A DNA stretch of 63,552 bases, the filler included, from Globobulimina sp. (lineage: Eukaryota), in the NCBI GenBank assembly GCA_003354225.1. It is 50 parts of 50 records of this genome, joined end to end, with 100 filler letters (N's around TTAATTAATTAA, not from the genome) between each part and the next. Parts side by side here need not be neighbours in the genome. Positions count along the whole stretch, not along the records: positions 47,117 to 48,288 come from PIVH01021712.1; positions 48,389 to 49,560 come from PIVH01021713.1; positions 49,661 to 50,832 come from PIVH01021714.1; positions 50,933 to 52,104 come from PIVH01021715.1; positions 52,205 to 53,376 come from PIVH01021716.1; positions 53,477 to 54,648 come from PIVH01021717.1; positions 54,749 to 55,920 come from PIVH01021718.1; positions 56,021 to 57,192 come from PIVH01021719.1; 42 more parts are not named here. One strand, 5' to 3'. The position numbers and the translations under genes are program-made. Numbering within the stretch: position 1 is the stretch's first letter; each line of letters begins with the position of its first letter. The notes beneath the pieces were generated by a model. That model made no database searches and had not been told where the DNA came from. It saw nothing but the letters and a program-made list of their open reading frames with translations. Below, piece after piece: positions 48,058 to 61,139 of this stretch.

Positions 48058-48288
48058 ATTCATAGGAACCATTGAAAATTGCAATGTAGCTCCACCTTGT
48101 AGAAATAATACTTCATAATTATCATTGATATTTAATAGTGTCCTTAAATCATTTTGAGCACCTTTAAAAATCGCATCATAATCTTTTGATCTATGACTCA
48201 TTTCCATAACACTCATACCAGCATCTTTGTATGTGTAAAATTGCTCTTGAGCTTCTTTAAGCACTTCTTATGGTAATACTGCTGGACC
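48052..48288 (-). pseudogene. serC: Phosphoserine aminotransferase N-terminal fragment with in-frame TAA (48268-48270), truncated against the RGS gene
   Basis: GPAVLP*EVLKEAQ...[11 protein letters not shown]...[19 protein letters not shown]. Confidence 0.85.
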
Positions 48289-48388
48289 NNNNNNNNNNNN
48301 NNNNNNNNNNNNNNNNNNNNNNNNNNNNNNNNTTAATTAATTAANNNNNNNNNNNNNNNNNNNNNNNNNNNNNNNNNNNNNNNNNNNN

Positions 48389-48646
48389 TTTATCTATTGA
48401 TGGAAGAAATATTTTTGGCATTGTTAAATCCTTATTTATAATATTAAATCCGTTCCAGCTTAACTCTACACCTAGTACCTCAAATTTATTGAGGTTAATT
48501 GCAAAAAAATCTTTTGCTATAGGTTCAAAACCCACTTTTTTAAGCTTAGGATGGTTTTCAAAACAAAACAACACATGGAATCCAGATTCCCATGCACTCA
48601 TCATTGCATCACGAACTAGTAATTCAGCAACATTAGCATATTTCAC
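48389..48646 (-). CDS. Fragment of a possible GNAT/NMT-fold protein
   Basis: LVRDAMMSAWESGFHVLF...LKKVGF. Confidence 0.3.
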
Positions 48647-49560
48647 TTTGGATTTACTTTTAATTTCCGTCGATTATTTGCCACATAATTCCAAAATATC
48701 GTATCGTAGTTTAGCAATGCATGCCTATGGCGATAGTTTAGCATTATTTATACAATTTATATTATTATTGCAGTTCTATGGAGCAGCGGTGTCGTATGTT
48801 GTGGCCTACGCTGGTTTGTTAGATTTAGTATGGAGCATATATTTTAGTCATGGCTCCATATATTCTTATATAGCAATTGCAGTCTATGCAGGCATAGTGT
48901 TACCATTATCATTTTTTCGTAGCATGCATGCCTTGCGATTTACATCATTGTTGGGATTCATTTGCAGCATATATTTATCGCTAGTTTGTGTGATCCAATA
49001 TTTTGTTCTATGCAATACAATGGATATTCGAAGTGGTGGCGATTTTGATAGAAACAATTTAAAATTTTCAACATGTTTTTGGAATTGGAATGGAATTTTA
49101 AATGTATTGAAATTAAAATATTTGTTTTCTGCTTCGTCATTCTCCGACATTTTGATTGGAATTGTGACAACATTCCCGCTCAATATATTTGCATATACGT
49201 GTCATCCATATTGCCTTCCGGTTTATGTTGAGTTACAAAATCGATCCAAACAAAAAATGAGAAAAGTGTTAGGAATATCAGTCGGTATTGCCACCGCCAT
49301 ATATTTGGCAATATCGACATTTGGTTTCTTATTGTTTTTGAATGCGACTTGCGGCAATATCCTAACTAACAACTTTCATCAGGCAATATCAGTGAGCATC
49401 GCAGCAATTGGTATCAGTTGTTCGTGCATTTTAACATTGCCAATCTATTCATTTACTTTTCGTTGTGCATTTGGTGAATTAATACGGGGAATAAAACAAT
49501 TATCCACTTTAAGGCACGTAACAGTCACTGTTTTGTTTGCTGCATTATCGGTTATTGTTG
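48627..49560 (+). CDS. Amino acid transporter (SLC38/Aa_trans family), internal fragment
   Basis: SYRSLAMHAYG, LPLSFFRSMHALRFTS, FAYTCHP, GNILTN. Confidence 0.88.
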
Positions 49561-49660
49561 NNNNNNNNNNNNNNNNNNNNNNNNNNNNNNNNNNNNNNNN
49601 NNNNTTAATTAATTAANNNNNNNNNNNNNNNNNNNNNNNNNNNNNNNNNNNNNNNNNNNN

Positions 49661-50832
49661 CATCATACTTCCAATATGATGTTGAAATCGTTGCTAAATT
49701 CAGTATTATTGGAACCATTAATGATGGAAGTAATTATCGGTAGAGAATCTTGTCGAAATGTAGATATATTTTCAATTGCTGAGCTATATCGATCCACTGT
49801 ACACAGAATACATTTGAATATTGATGGAATTGATATGTATCGAGTCATTAATAACAGTCATATCAGCAATAGTAGTGATACTAACAAGACGGAAATGCTT
49901 TCATTGTTGATTGAAGAATGTATAAATTACGGCGAATTATTTGTGGTTGAAGGGCTGTGTCAGAAACATTTAGGTGTCAATAAAGATGGACAATCAATCA
50001 AATCGTGGATTATATTGAATAGTTTGGGAGGGATTAATAAAACACATATTAATAACGGCAAGTTTGAAATGTTACGCAAATATTATACTGAAGGATTGGT
50101 ATTTGGCTTAGAATGCAAATTAGCACAAATTATATATCAATATATATATCAGTGTTTGGAACAGGCTATTCAGGAAAACACATATTTTTATGTTGCACTC
50201 TTTATACTATGGTATACCAGGTCAAATATATATAATCATTCCTGTTCTATTGGCTGTTGCAGATTAAACGGCCAATTACAAGCATTGCAATCAAAGAGGA
50301 AGAATAAAAGCAAAAATAAAAGCAACTCGTCTGAGGCCACTAATAAAAATATGGAGTCATTGTTGGAGAAATTGTATCAATATTTACCACAGATTTTAGA
50401 CATTGGAAATTGGGAAATGTCTTTCAAACTATCTGAATGTTTTGGTGTCTTTAAGGTTCATTTAGAAGAGTTATTGTTAAATAAATTAAAAGATTCCACA
50501 AATAATAATAATAACAATATGATAAAATATAAAAAAAAGGGAAGAAAGGGAATGGTGCGGGTTCAAAGTACGATGAATGTAGCAACAGCGGCAAATATAC
50601 AGTTAAATGTTGATGATGAATATACACAAAACGTCCTGGGATTAGATTTTGAAAAATTATCGGAAAGTATAAAACAATCAGATATCGATTTATTGCAAGC
50701 GATCATAGAGACACCAGTCGTTACATTAAGTGCTTTCCCGTTACACTCATTTTTTGTAAAACATTTTGAAGCTTTGGATGAGTTAATAACATTATTAAAA
50801 ATGAATTATGGCTATGATAAATATATTTGGTG
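49661..50832 (+). CDS. Internal fragment of a large hypothetical protein
   Basis: Whole contig open in one frame (390 codons). Confidence 0.65.
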
Positions 50833-50933
50833 NNNNNNNNNNNNNNNNNNNNNNNNNNNNNNNNNNNNNNNNNNNNTTAATTAATTAANNNNNNNNNNNN
50901 NNNNNNNNNNNNNNNNNNNNNNNNNNNNNNNNC

Positions 50934-51440
50934 GGCGGGGTTTGGTATTTTGATAAGAGTCCAGATGTATTTGTTTCTGATAAATTTGAGATCCAAGCAA
51001 ATGGATATGTGGTATGTGGAGGTCATCATAGTGATAATTATGTAATTGATGTCAATGTAAATGATAATATCATATTTAATAATAATATCGTAATACATCG
51101 CTTATTGGAATTAGTTAATAATACAAGCAACATTGGTAAAAGATCGCATCTATTATTTTTATTGCCGGAATATAAAATAAAATCTACGTATGATATTATT
51201 CAACATAATAAAATGCCAATCAATCAATATCAAGTCATGGATCATGTGATTAATTATATGATTAGAAATATAAAAAATTTGGGTGTGGAAAAAATTCCAA
51301 ATGAAATAAAACAATTATTGTCCTCGTATTGTCATACAAATTTACCAGAAATGATAGCATTTCGAAATAAATTAAGATTAAAAAGAGTATATGAAAGAAC
51401 ATATGATGGTAATAACATTCTACTTGCCTCTATCAATTAA
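50934..51440 (+). CDS. C-terminal fragment of a hypothetical (possibly Kelch-like) protein
   Basis: YVVCGG; INYMIR...IPNEIKQLLSSY. Confidence 0.45.
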   Translation, partial: GGVWYFDKSPDVFVSDKFEIQANGYVVCGGHHSDNYVIDVNVNDNIIFNNNIVIHRLLELVNNTSNIGKRSHLLFLLPEYKIKSTYDIIQHNKMPINQYQVMDHVINYMIRNIKNLGVEKIPNEIKQLLSSYCHTNLPEMIAFRNKLRLKRVYERTYDGNNILLASIN

Positions 51441-51559
51441 AATAATACTACTAAACTCAAATTATAATTTTACAATCCTCGCACTTTGACATTTTACTGT
51501 ACATTTTTAATTTTGCAATCCGCGCACGCCAAGAAACTCGAGATCTGACAAGCGTAAAA

Positions 51560-52104
51560 ATGCTACCATTCGTTATTGCGTTATTAATATCCCAAACCAC
51601 TGCAACATTCCCTTGGTATACATGCATTTCTCAAAGCCACGAACAAAACACACATTCTGTATACATTAACATATAGTGATGGGGTTCAATATACATATAG
51701 TGATGTATCTGTATTCAGTCCAGCAGGTGTATGCACAACAAGTAGCGATGGAGGTTCCACAATGTATCTTTGTGCAAGCCCAAATATTATGAATGTAGCG
51801 CAATATTATTCAGTAAGTAATTGTTCAGGATCTCCAGACGGTTTAGTACCAGTTACATCTTCATTTGAGCTATTAAATATTACAGAATATACAATCATAT
51901 GTTGCAGTGGTAATCAATGTGATTATGCTTTGGATGCAGAATATGATACAGCCAATTGTAGTGAAGACAAATCTGAGGCTGTGTCATGGGATCAATCTAT
52001 TTGGACTATTGATGCCTGTGTTGGAATATATTATTTTGCAATGTACACATATGCATCATGTCAACCCGGCGTTGCTAACTATGATTTTTATTTCAAAAAC
52101 GGGA
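51560..52104 (+). CDS. Secreted Cys-rich protein, 3'-partial; probable intron 51616-51677
   Basis: Signal peptide MLPFVIALLISQTTA; spliced frame continues into the Cys-rich ORF. Confidence 0.6.
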
Positions 52105-52204
52105 NNNNNNNNNNNNNNNNNNNNNNNNNNNNNNNNNNNNNNNNNNNNTTAATTAATTAANNNNNNNNNNNNNNNNNNNNNNNNNNNNNNNNNNNNNNNN
52201 NNNN

Positions 52205-53197
<993 letters not shown>

Positions 53198-53728
53198 CTA
53201 AAAATCAGTGTAATAAAAGTAAATAAATCAATAAAATAAAAAAATAAATATGAACTCCGTTTAGATGTTATAATGTCCTGACAATAGAAATGAATAAAAT
53301 CATCCGATGAGTATCTATGTATTTGTTATATTCTATATTGACGTGATATTATTTTGGAAGTTAGTCAGCACAAAATNNNNNNNNNNNNNNNNNNNNNNNN
53401 NNNNNNNNNNNNNNNNNNNNTTAATTAATTAANNNNNNNNNNNNNNNNNNNNNNNNNNNNNNNNNNNNNNNNNNNNACGAGTTTGACGATGACGAGTTTA
53501 ATTTAAGTTGTAACTGCCATATTTACTGCCATTAAACATCTAAAATATTACTGAGAACGTGAAAAAAAGAAAAGATAAAAGGTTCGTCTATATTTTCTAT
53601 GTAATTCAATTAATTTGATATATACAGTCAATAGCAAACAATAATATTATTGCTGGATATTTGTGACAAGTTTACACTTTGTTCCCTCAGTGTACAGTCC
53701 ATCATTACATACATTTAAGTTTTGCGGG

Positions 53729-54610
53729 ATGACTCTGAAATTCTTATCTCGCGATCATTTCCGTGTGTTAACCTCCATTGAAATGGGAATGAAAAATCAC
53801 GAAATTGTGCCAACCACATTAATCGAAACCATCGCACAAATGAAACGTGGCAACTGTTTTAAAATAGTAAACGATCTACATAAACATAAATTGGTATCAC
53901 ATAATTCCATCCCTTACGATGGCTATACATTAACTTATCGCGGCTATGATTATTTAGCCATAAATGTATTTGTTAAAAGAGGGATAATCATTGCAATTGG
54001 ACGCCAAATTGGCGTCGGAAAAGAATCAGATGTTTTTGAAGTATTTGGTCCAAAAGATCCAACCACTGACATCTCACCGAAATACGTACTCAAATTGCAT
54101 CGTTTGGGTCGTATTTCATTCCGTGCAGTTAAGAAAAAGAGAGACTATTTACGACATAATAAATCTAAGGGATCGTGGTTATATTTATCGCGTTTATCTG
54201 CCTTGAAAGAATATGGTTTTATGAAGATTTTAAAGGATAAAAACTTCCCTGTTCCGCAACCAATTGATGTCTGTCGCCATGCAATTTTAATGTCATTCAT
54301 TGATGGCTTCCCATTATTCCATGCCAAAAAAATCAAAAAACCGGGCATTTTATGCAATAAATCGTTAGCTTTAATCGTTAAATTGGCGCAATACGGCTTA
54401 ATTCATTGCGATTTTAATGAGTTTAATTTAATGGTGAATGATGATTATGATTTATTTTTGATTGATTTCCCGCAAATGATATCGATAAATCACAAGCAAG
54501 GCATAGAATATTTTGATCGTGATGTGAAATGTATTGTGATTAAAAAATCGTGTTGCAGAATACGTATAATAATAAAGAGAAAACAAAGGAGAATAAAATG
54601 TATACATTGA
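53729..54610 (+). CDS. RIO2: RIO2 atypical kinase; sequence diverges after DRDVKCI (intron or chimeric end)
   Basis: RVLTSIEMGMKNHE, IGVGKESDVF, KLHRLGR, IHCDFNEFN, IDFPQM. Confidence 0.95.
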   Translation: MTLKFLSRDHFRVLTSIEMGMKNHEIVPTTLIETIAQMKRGNCFKIVNDLHKHKLVSHNSIPYDGYTLTYRGYDYLAINVFVKRGIIIAIGRQIGVGKESDVFEVFGPKDPTTDISPKYVLKLHRLGRISFRAVKKKRDYLRHNKSKGSWLYLSRLSALKEYGFMKILKDKNFPVPQPIDVCRHAILMSFIDGFPLFHAKKIKKPGILCNKSLALIVKLAQYGLIHCDFNEFNLMVNDDYDLFLIDFPQMISINHKQGIEYFDRDVKCIVIKKSCCRIRIIIKRKQRRIKCIH

Positions 54611-55303
54611 GTGAAACTGAAATTCGACGGAGATTGAAAAAAAAACAANNNNNNNNNNNNNNNNNNNNNNNNNNNNNNNNNNNNNNNNNNNNTTAATTAA
54701 TTAANNNNNNNNNNNNNNNNNNNNNNNNNNNNNNNNNNNNNNNNNNNNGTTAAAAGCCCGTAACTCAGGTCTAAATTGCAATAAATTGCAATAACCATAT
54801 ACCTAGGTCCTAGGTCCAAATTATATTGCGCAATATAAGAACAACCCCTTATGTGAATCTGAAATCAGAGCAAAGATAATTTATTTACTTCAAAAACATT
54901 TTCAAAAAAAACTCTGTCACGCATTTAAAAGTAAAACCAACAAAATAATGACTAGTTTCACTTCATATACACCAGGTACGTACGTACTGTGTTAATTGCA
55001 ATTTAATGAATCTATGCAAAATAATTCACAAACCACTACACTACGGTAACGGAACCAGAAGGTGAAGGATATGGATCATCGTCATATGATGGTGGAGAAT
55101 TACAATCAGTTACATCCTCATTCGAGCAACAGCAACTTTCCTTTGATTATCCAGCATATGAAATTATTTATAAACGAAAATCAAAATCAAAATCACAATC
55201 AAGAGGCAAAAAAACAAAAACAAAAATATCAGTTAGGCAAACCTCATGTAAACTGTTTCTCCAATTTGTATTTAATTTTTATTGTATACAGATTATTATT
55301 ATT

Positions 55304-55696
55304 GTGTTAATGTTATGCTTAGTATTATTGAGTGGGATATTTTTATATTTCCAAACACAAATTGTAACCAAAGCAGTGAATCAAAGCATGGAGAATATGT
55401 TTAGAGAGTATGCGGAATTATTATTAAATAGCTATACTCCACAAATGGCACATCATGATTGCGTAAATGAAGAATTTATATCAAATATGTTCAATCAAAG
55501 TAATAAATATACTGCTTCTTTATTTGAAAATTTTTATCAATTTACACAATGTATTAATCATAGACCAATTAAAACAAATATTAATACCGAATTCGAATTT
55601 GATATCACAAAAATTATGCAATATATGAAAAATGGAATTTATAATGAAGGGAAACGTAAGATATATGATGAATGTTTGAAGAAATATATGTCGTAA
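55304..55696 (+). CDS. Last exon of a small single-TM hypothetical protein
   Basis: TM helix then helical tail; upstream AG acceptor near 55291. Confidence 0.35.
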   Translation: MLMLCLVLLSGIFLYFQTQIVTKAVNQSMENMFREYAELLLNSYTPQMAHHDCVNEEFISNMFNQSNKYTASLFENFYQFTQCINHRPIKTNINTEFEFDITKIMQYMKNGIYNEGKRKIYDECLKKYMS

Positions 55697-56070
55697 CTTT
55701 TGTGTGTGTGTGTTTTTTTTTATTTAAAATGACCTTTTTATGTGGACGCTTTATCAAAATTTATTTATCCGAAAATCAGAAATTGCAGTCTTTCGGCGGC
55801 TTCCTCAGTCCAGAATGCTAAATGCGGTGTAAACAAACAATAAGTGAATATCTGTAAAAACAGAGGCAAAAAATGAACTAAATTGACAAAAAACATGGAG
55901 AAAAATATTCTGATTTTGTANNNNNNNNNNNNNNNNNNNNNNNNNNNNNNNNNNNNNNNNNNNNTTAATTAATTAANNNNNNNNNNNNNNNNNNNNNNNN
56001 NNNNNNNNNNNNNNNNNNNNAAAAAAAACATTGAAAGGAAAATTAAATAGAAAACATAAAATCACATAAA

Positions 56071-56990
56071 TCAGACAATATTAATATCGTTAACATGCGT
56101 TGTATACTTACTTTCTTTCGTAGCCAATATAAGTTTGTTTATTATATGTTCTTTTGACTCAAAATCACAGTACAAAACCTTATATGGTGGAGTACTTAGA
56201 TTGGATGGGATTGACGGAATCGATGGTGACAAATTCAATGTATCTTCTCTTGAAATTTGTACATTTAATTTATCCAAAAAAACAGCATTTGATTTATCAC
56301 TCATTCGATCGGTACAATCGCCTGAATCCATATCAACACTCTGATGAACAATATCCTTTGTTTTACCTTCCAAATGAGACATTGATCCATGATACTCATT
56401 CTTTGCAGAACACTGTTTATTTAACACAAAAACACTCAAAACCACTGAACTTAACACGCAGACTGCAACCAATATCACCAAAGCAATTGCAAGCAAATCC
56501 ATTGACTTTAAAGCATTTGAATTATTTAAATTTTGTGCTGACAGTGTATGGTGTAATAATGTTGTATTTGCACCATTTGTTTGCGATATCGACGGTAATG
56601 TTGTAGCAATGGTCGGGGCTGCAGTTGGTATCAATGTATTTGTGGGGTTTGGTGTCGGTTGGATGTTGGGAGTATTTGATGGTGATATAGTTGGAGCAAA
56701 TGATGGATTTATTGTTGGATTAGTGGATGGTGATAAAGTTGGTTTATTTGTTGGATGTGTGCTTGGTTTAAATGTTGGTCGTGATGTTGGATTATTTGTT
56801 GGTTGTGTGCTTGGTGCGATGCTTGGTAATTTTGATGGAGTCATTGATGGGTTTGTGGTTGGATAATGTGTGGGATTTTGTGTTGGGATAATGGTCGGTT
56901 TGAGTGTTGTTGGATACTTTGTTGGTGATATAGTTGGATAACGTGTTGGTTGTAACGTAGGCGAGTGAGTGGGGTGAAATGATGGTCTGT
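56071..56990 (-). CDS. Mucin-like type I membrane protein with PT/PS tetrapeptide repeats
   Basis: (PTxx)n stalk, single TM helix, cytoplasmic tail. Confidence 0.7.
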
Positions 56991-57292
56991 TTGTAACGAT
57001 AATTATGTATAAACAGTGTGCAATGTTTCTAGGATTTGTTTGAAGCAGTATGATCAGACACCATTCATCAATAATATATATATGTGTATTGATAGAGATT
57101 AGATTTTAAATATCTGGATTGTATCATTACAGATGCAAATATTTAAAATCTAACCAATACAATTTTTGTTCATATTACGCATCTCAACAGCANNNNNNNN
57201 NNNNNNNNNNNNNNNNNNNNNNNNNNNNNNNNNNNNTTAATTAATTAANNNNNNNNNNNNNNNNNNNNNNNNNNNNNNNNNNNNNNNNNNNN

Positions 57293-57403
57293 AATTATAA
57301 AAAAAGACTCAAGGTGATTAAAGACCTGACAAACATTTGGTCGCAAAGAAACTTGACATTAAAAGGTAAAATCACTGTTATACAGTCATTATTACTACCC
57401 AAA
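57293..57403 (+). mobile_element. Fragment of an L1/Tx1-type non-LTR retrotransposon ORF2
   Basis: IKDLTNIWSQRNLTLKGKITVIQSLLLPK matches the post-RT W..R.L...G+..+.SL motif. Confidence 0.65.
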
Positions 57404-57587
57404 TCGGGTGGTGCCCGAAGGGGGGTATTTAAAGAATATTGCGATTCAATCGGATATACGTTAACTACAATGGATTTGTATAATGTCAGCCAATTCTTAC
57501 CAACATGTTAAGTTACACATATCATTTGTTTGGTGCTGTGGAGCATTGTATGACATATGTTAAGTTATATTTGTTTTCATTTTTTAG

Positions 57588-58464
57588 TGATTGCTGCTGT
57601 GGAGCATGCAGTTCGTATCGTGGCACCACCAAATGAGGAAGAAGTGGCTCCACCAGTTATTAATTTAGAGAAGTTACAAAAAAAGAAAGTTAATTTCCAA
57701 GTGCATTGTGGCATCGATTTCGGGACTGCTGGGAGTGGTTTGTCACTGATCTTTTTCTTTGCATATATTCTATTCTAATTAAATTAATATTGATACTTTT
57801 TACAGGATTCGCATATTCATTGCCAGGCACAAATAAAGTGTATACTGATCAGGATTGGAATAACAGCGGAAAACATGTTGATGTTAAAACAAAAACGAAT
57901 ATTTTATTGGATATAAATGGAAATTGCATCGCATTTGGTGATGATGCAACGGATAAATACACGCATACTGACACAAATGATTTATTTTTTGAGCGATTTA
58001 AAATGGCGTTGTATGAAAAAGAAATGGTTCTTAATGATGATGAGAAACAACAAGAAAATAATTACTTTCAAAGTGATATTCGGCAATATTTAACCGCAGC
58101 AAATGGGAAAGAATTGCCAGCACGAAAAGTGTTAGAAGAAGCCATACGTTTTATGAAAGATCACGCAATGAATAACTTAAGAAACCGTGTGAATAAAAAC
58201 TTAAAAATTGAAAATGTCCAATGGATATTGACAGTATGTACTGCTTTTTAATATATATTTAAATAGTAATCTATTTTTATATTAATTTTAGGTGCCAGCA
58301 ATATGGAGTGACACAGCCAAATCTGTGATGAAAACGGCAGCAATCAATGCGGGAATGGTTAACGAATCAATTGAGGGACAATTAATCATTGCATACGAAC
58401 CCGATTGTGCGAGTTTGAGCATTTTACATGAAATAAATGAGAAAGCCCGAGATATGCATAAACA
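57588..58464 (+). CDS. HSP70-12 (HSPA12)-like protein, partial; introns 57738-57805 and 58234-58291
   Basis: GIDFGTAGSG|FAYS, FFERFKMAL, WILT|VPAIWSD, IAYEPDCAS. Confidence 0.9.
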
Positions 58465-58564
58465 NNNNNNNNNNNNNNNNNNNNNNNNNNNNNNNNNNNN
58501 NNNNNNNNTTAATTAATTAANNNNNNNNNNNNNNNNNNNNNNNNNNNNNNNNNNNNNNNNNNNN

Positions 58565-59026
58565 TTTGACGTGTCCTCTGCGCGCGGCCAAGCCGATGGG
58601 AGTGACATGTCGCGAGGCATAGGGTAATAACACCGAGGATAAATCTAATGTGTCGTTCTCGATGATATTCTTAATAATACGGGCAACCCGCTCAAAATTG
58701 CCAACATAAATGGCATCGCGAAACTTCTTCCTCATCCTTTCTGCATCATTGCGATGTCCATGGGAATGAGAATGGGAATGAGAGTGAGATGTATGTCCAT
58801 GCGATGTACTATGCGATGTATGTGCTGTTGGTCCATTATGATGGTGGTGGTGATGCATATGTTGATGTTGATGTTGATGATGTTTATGATTGTGATGTCT
58901 GGAGGAAGCGGATGATGAGGATTGGTGATTATTGTTTTTGTCTTTGCTTTCTTGTGGTGTATCCACTAATGCATCAATTATTTGGATGGAGTCAATTTGC
59001 CGTGATTGCTTTGCAGAACCACTCAT
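58565..59026 (-). CDS. His-rich N-terminus followed by the start of ankyrin repeats, 3'-partial
   Basis: HHNHKHHQHQHQHMHHHHHH...HSHSHSHSH; TPIGLAARRGH. Confidence 0.7.
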
Positions 59027-59203
59027 TGTTTAATATGTGTCCAGACAGTCCAGTTCTGCGTGTTTGTCTCTTGTGTTATTAATTTTATTTTGAGGTGTCT
59101 TGCTTTCTTTGCAATTGGATGCTTAAATAAAACCTTTGGGTTATTCCGGCAAAGGTACTAAGAAAAACCAACAGCTGAGTAATAACAATTACTAGCTTTA
59201 ATA

Positions 59204-59736
59204 ATGTCCTCTTCGTCACATCATTATCACACAGCATCAGAGCCACATTCATATAATATTCAGGCAAAATTAAGGAATGGAATCCTAAGCATCTATGTGC
59301 ATGACACAATGAGCAATTCACAATGGAGGCAAGAATTTACTCAAATATCATTCCCTGGGCATAAACTCTATGATGTCGCAAAATCATTAATAAACTCTAT
59401 AAAACTAATGATTAATAATAATAATCCTTCGAGCAACAAAGCCATAGCGATATTAGTCTACAACCAATGGTGTTATTTGACAATATATAATTGCAATATT
59501 CCATCATTTGCTTTACGACCGATTCAAATTACTAATACTAACACCAATGTTAGCACAATAAGTACAAATCCAAAACAAAAACAAAAACAAAGCCAAGATG
59601 TCAACAACCCATCAAAACCATCAAATTCGCCCAAACATCAATTTCCAACCCGTCCATTGCCATCATTGCCAATCGCACATAGAATGGCTACAAATATATC
59701 ATCGCCATCTTGTTCCAATTCAGACTTCTTTGATAG
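59204..59736 (+). CDS. Hypothetical protein, 3'-partial
   Basis: Open from ATG to contig end; small beta-rich domain plus P/S-rich linker. Confidence 0.5.
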
Positions 59737-59983
59737 NNNNNNNNNNNNNNNNNNNNNNNNNNNNNNNNNNNNNNNNNNNNTTAATTAATTAANNNNNNNN
59801 NNNNNNNNNNNNNNNNNNNNNNNNNNNNNNNNNNNNGGTCGCTTGGAGCGAACCTTAAAGTGATCAGAATTGGTGTCTTTCTGCGATGGTGAATCCATAT
59901 TTCCTGGTTTCGTTGCTAGCTACAAATCAATAGCAAAATCTGCAGAGACAAACTGACTGCAAGCAGCCAAGCAAATATCAATC

Positions 59984-60457
59984 ACAACGAGTCTAAAAAA
60001 AAAAATCATTAAAAATTCAAGAACAGTTGACCTAATAATTCACATATAATTCAACCAAAATTCACCAATAATTCACCAATTAACTAATAATTCATTGAGA
60101 ATTCAGCAATAATTCACCAACAATTCACGAATAATTCATTGAGAAATAATGCATTGCGACGAATATCTGTCTAGGACAAAAAAAATTGAATTTTCTGGCG
60201 CTGCAAGTATTGAACTACACCGTGGTGCATTTTTTTTTCATTTCATTCATACAACTTTTTTTTATATGCATTTTCATCATTGCATATTTTTCATAATTCT
60301 GAAAATATTTGTGTGAATTTTGACGAATTTTCATTGAATTTTATGTGAATTTTCATTGACTTTTTGAAAAATTTTTTGAATTTTTAATGAATTTGCATGA
60401 ATTCCTGTGTTGAATTTTAGATGAATTTTTAATGAATTTTTATTTTCGACTCGTTGT
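59984..60457. mobile_element. MITE/foldback-like element with ~36-bp terminal inverted repeats and internal AATTCA / TGAATT arrays
   Basis: acaacgagtctaaaaaaaaaaatcattaaaaattca vs tgaatttttaatgaatttttattttcgactcgttgt; the repeat unit flips orientation across the centre. Confidence 0.7.
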
Positions 60458-60793
60458 TTATGGATCATCAACACCAGTCACAACAATACCAATTTCTCAC
60501 GTGATATTTAAATTTATTGTTTTGTATCCGTTGATATTATTCTTGGGCGGACATTTATTATTGTACTTATCAGCAAATATATTATTATATTGTTTAGCAT
60601 ATGCAAATTTTCTTGGTTATGTAATATTGAATGGTTTCTTTTATTATTATTTTATATTGCATTTTTATCATTTATTGTAAATTTGATCGAAGTATTAATT
60701 TTCTAGAAATTTCATTTTGGGGCATATCAATGTGTGCGTATGCACCTATCCCTGTAACCGACATCTTCCTCTTCTTTGCTGTCCGCCATTTCC

Positions 60794-60837
60794 GGAAGGA
60801 AAATAGGTTATAAATAAAATGTTAAAAGATAACATTT
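60794..60837. repeat. Interspersed repeat, copy 2 (copy 1 at 31628-31670)
   Basis: Near-identical ~43-nt block. Confidence 0.7.
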
Positions 60838-61139
60838 TATTAAAAATGTTAAAAAAGTTTTTTTGATGCATGATGAAATATGAAATGTTAAGAGCATCCG
60901 GTCTTCAGCGTCAGATTTTTATTGGGGTAAGGTATAAGCAAACCGTTTCTGGTGACTGATGAAGGTAAAAATAATATAGGTTTGCCTTCGTTTCTCAGAA
61001 ACAATAAANNNNNNNNNNNNNNNNNNNNNNNNNNNNNNNNNNNNNNNNNNNNTTAATTAATTAANNNNNNNNNNNNNNNNNNNNNNNNNNNNNNNNNNNN
61101 NNNNNNNNAGATATTATTAGTATCATTCATGCATTCTAT

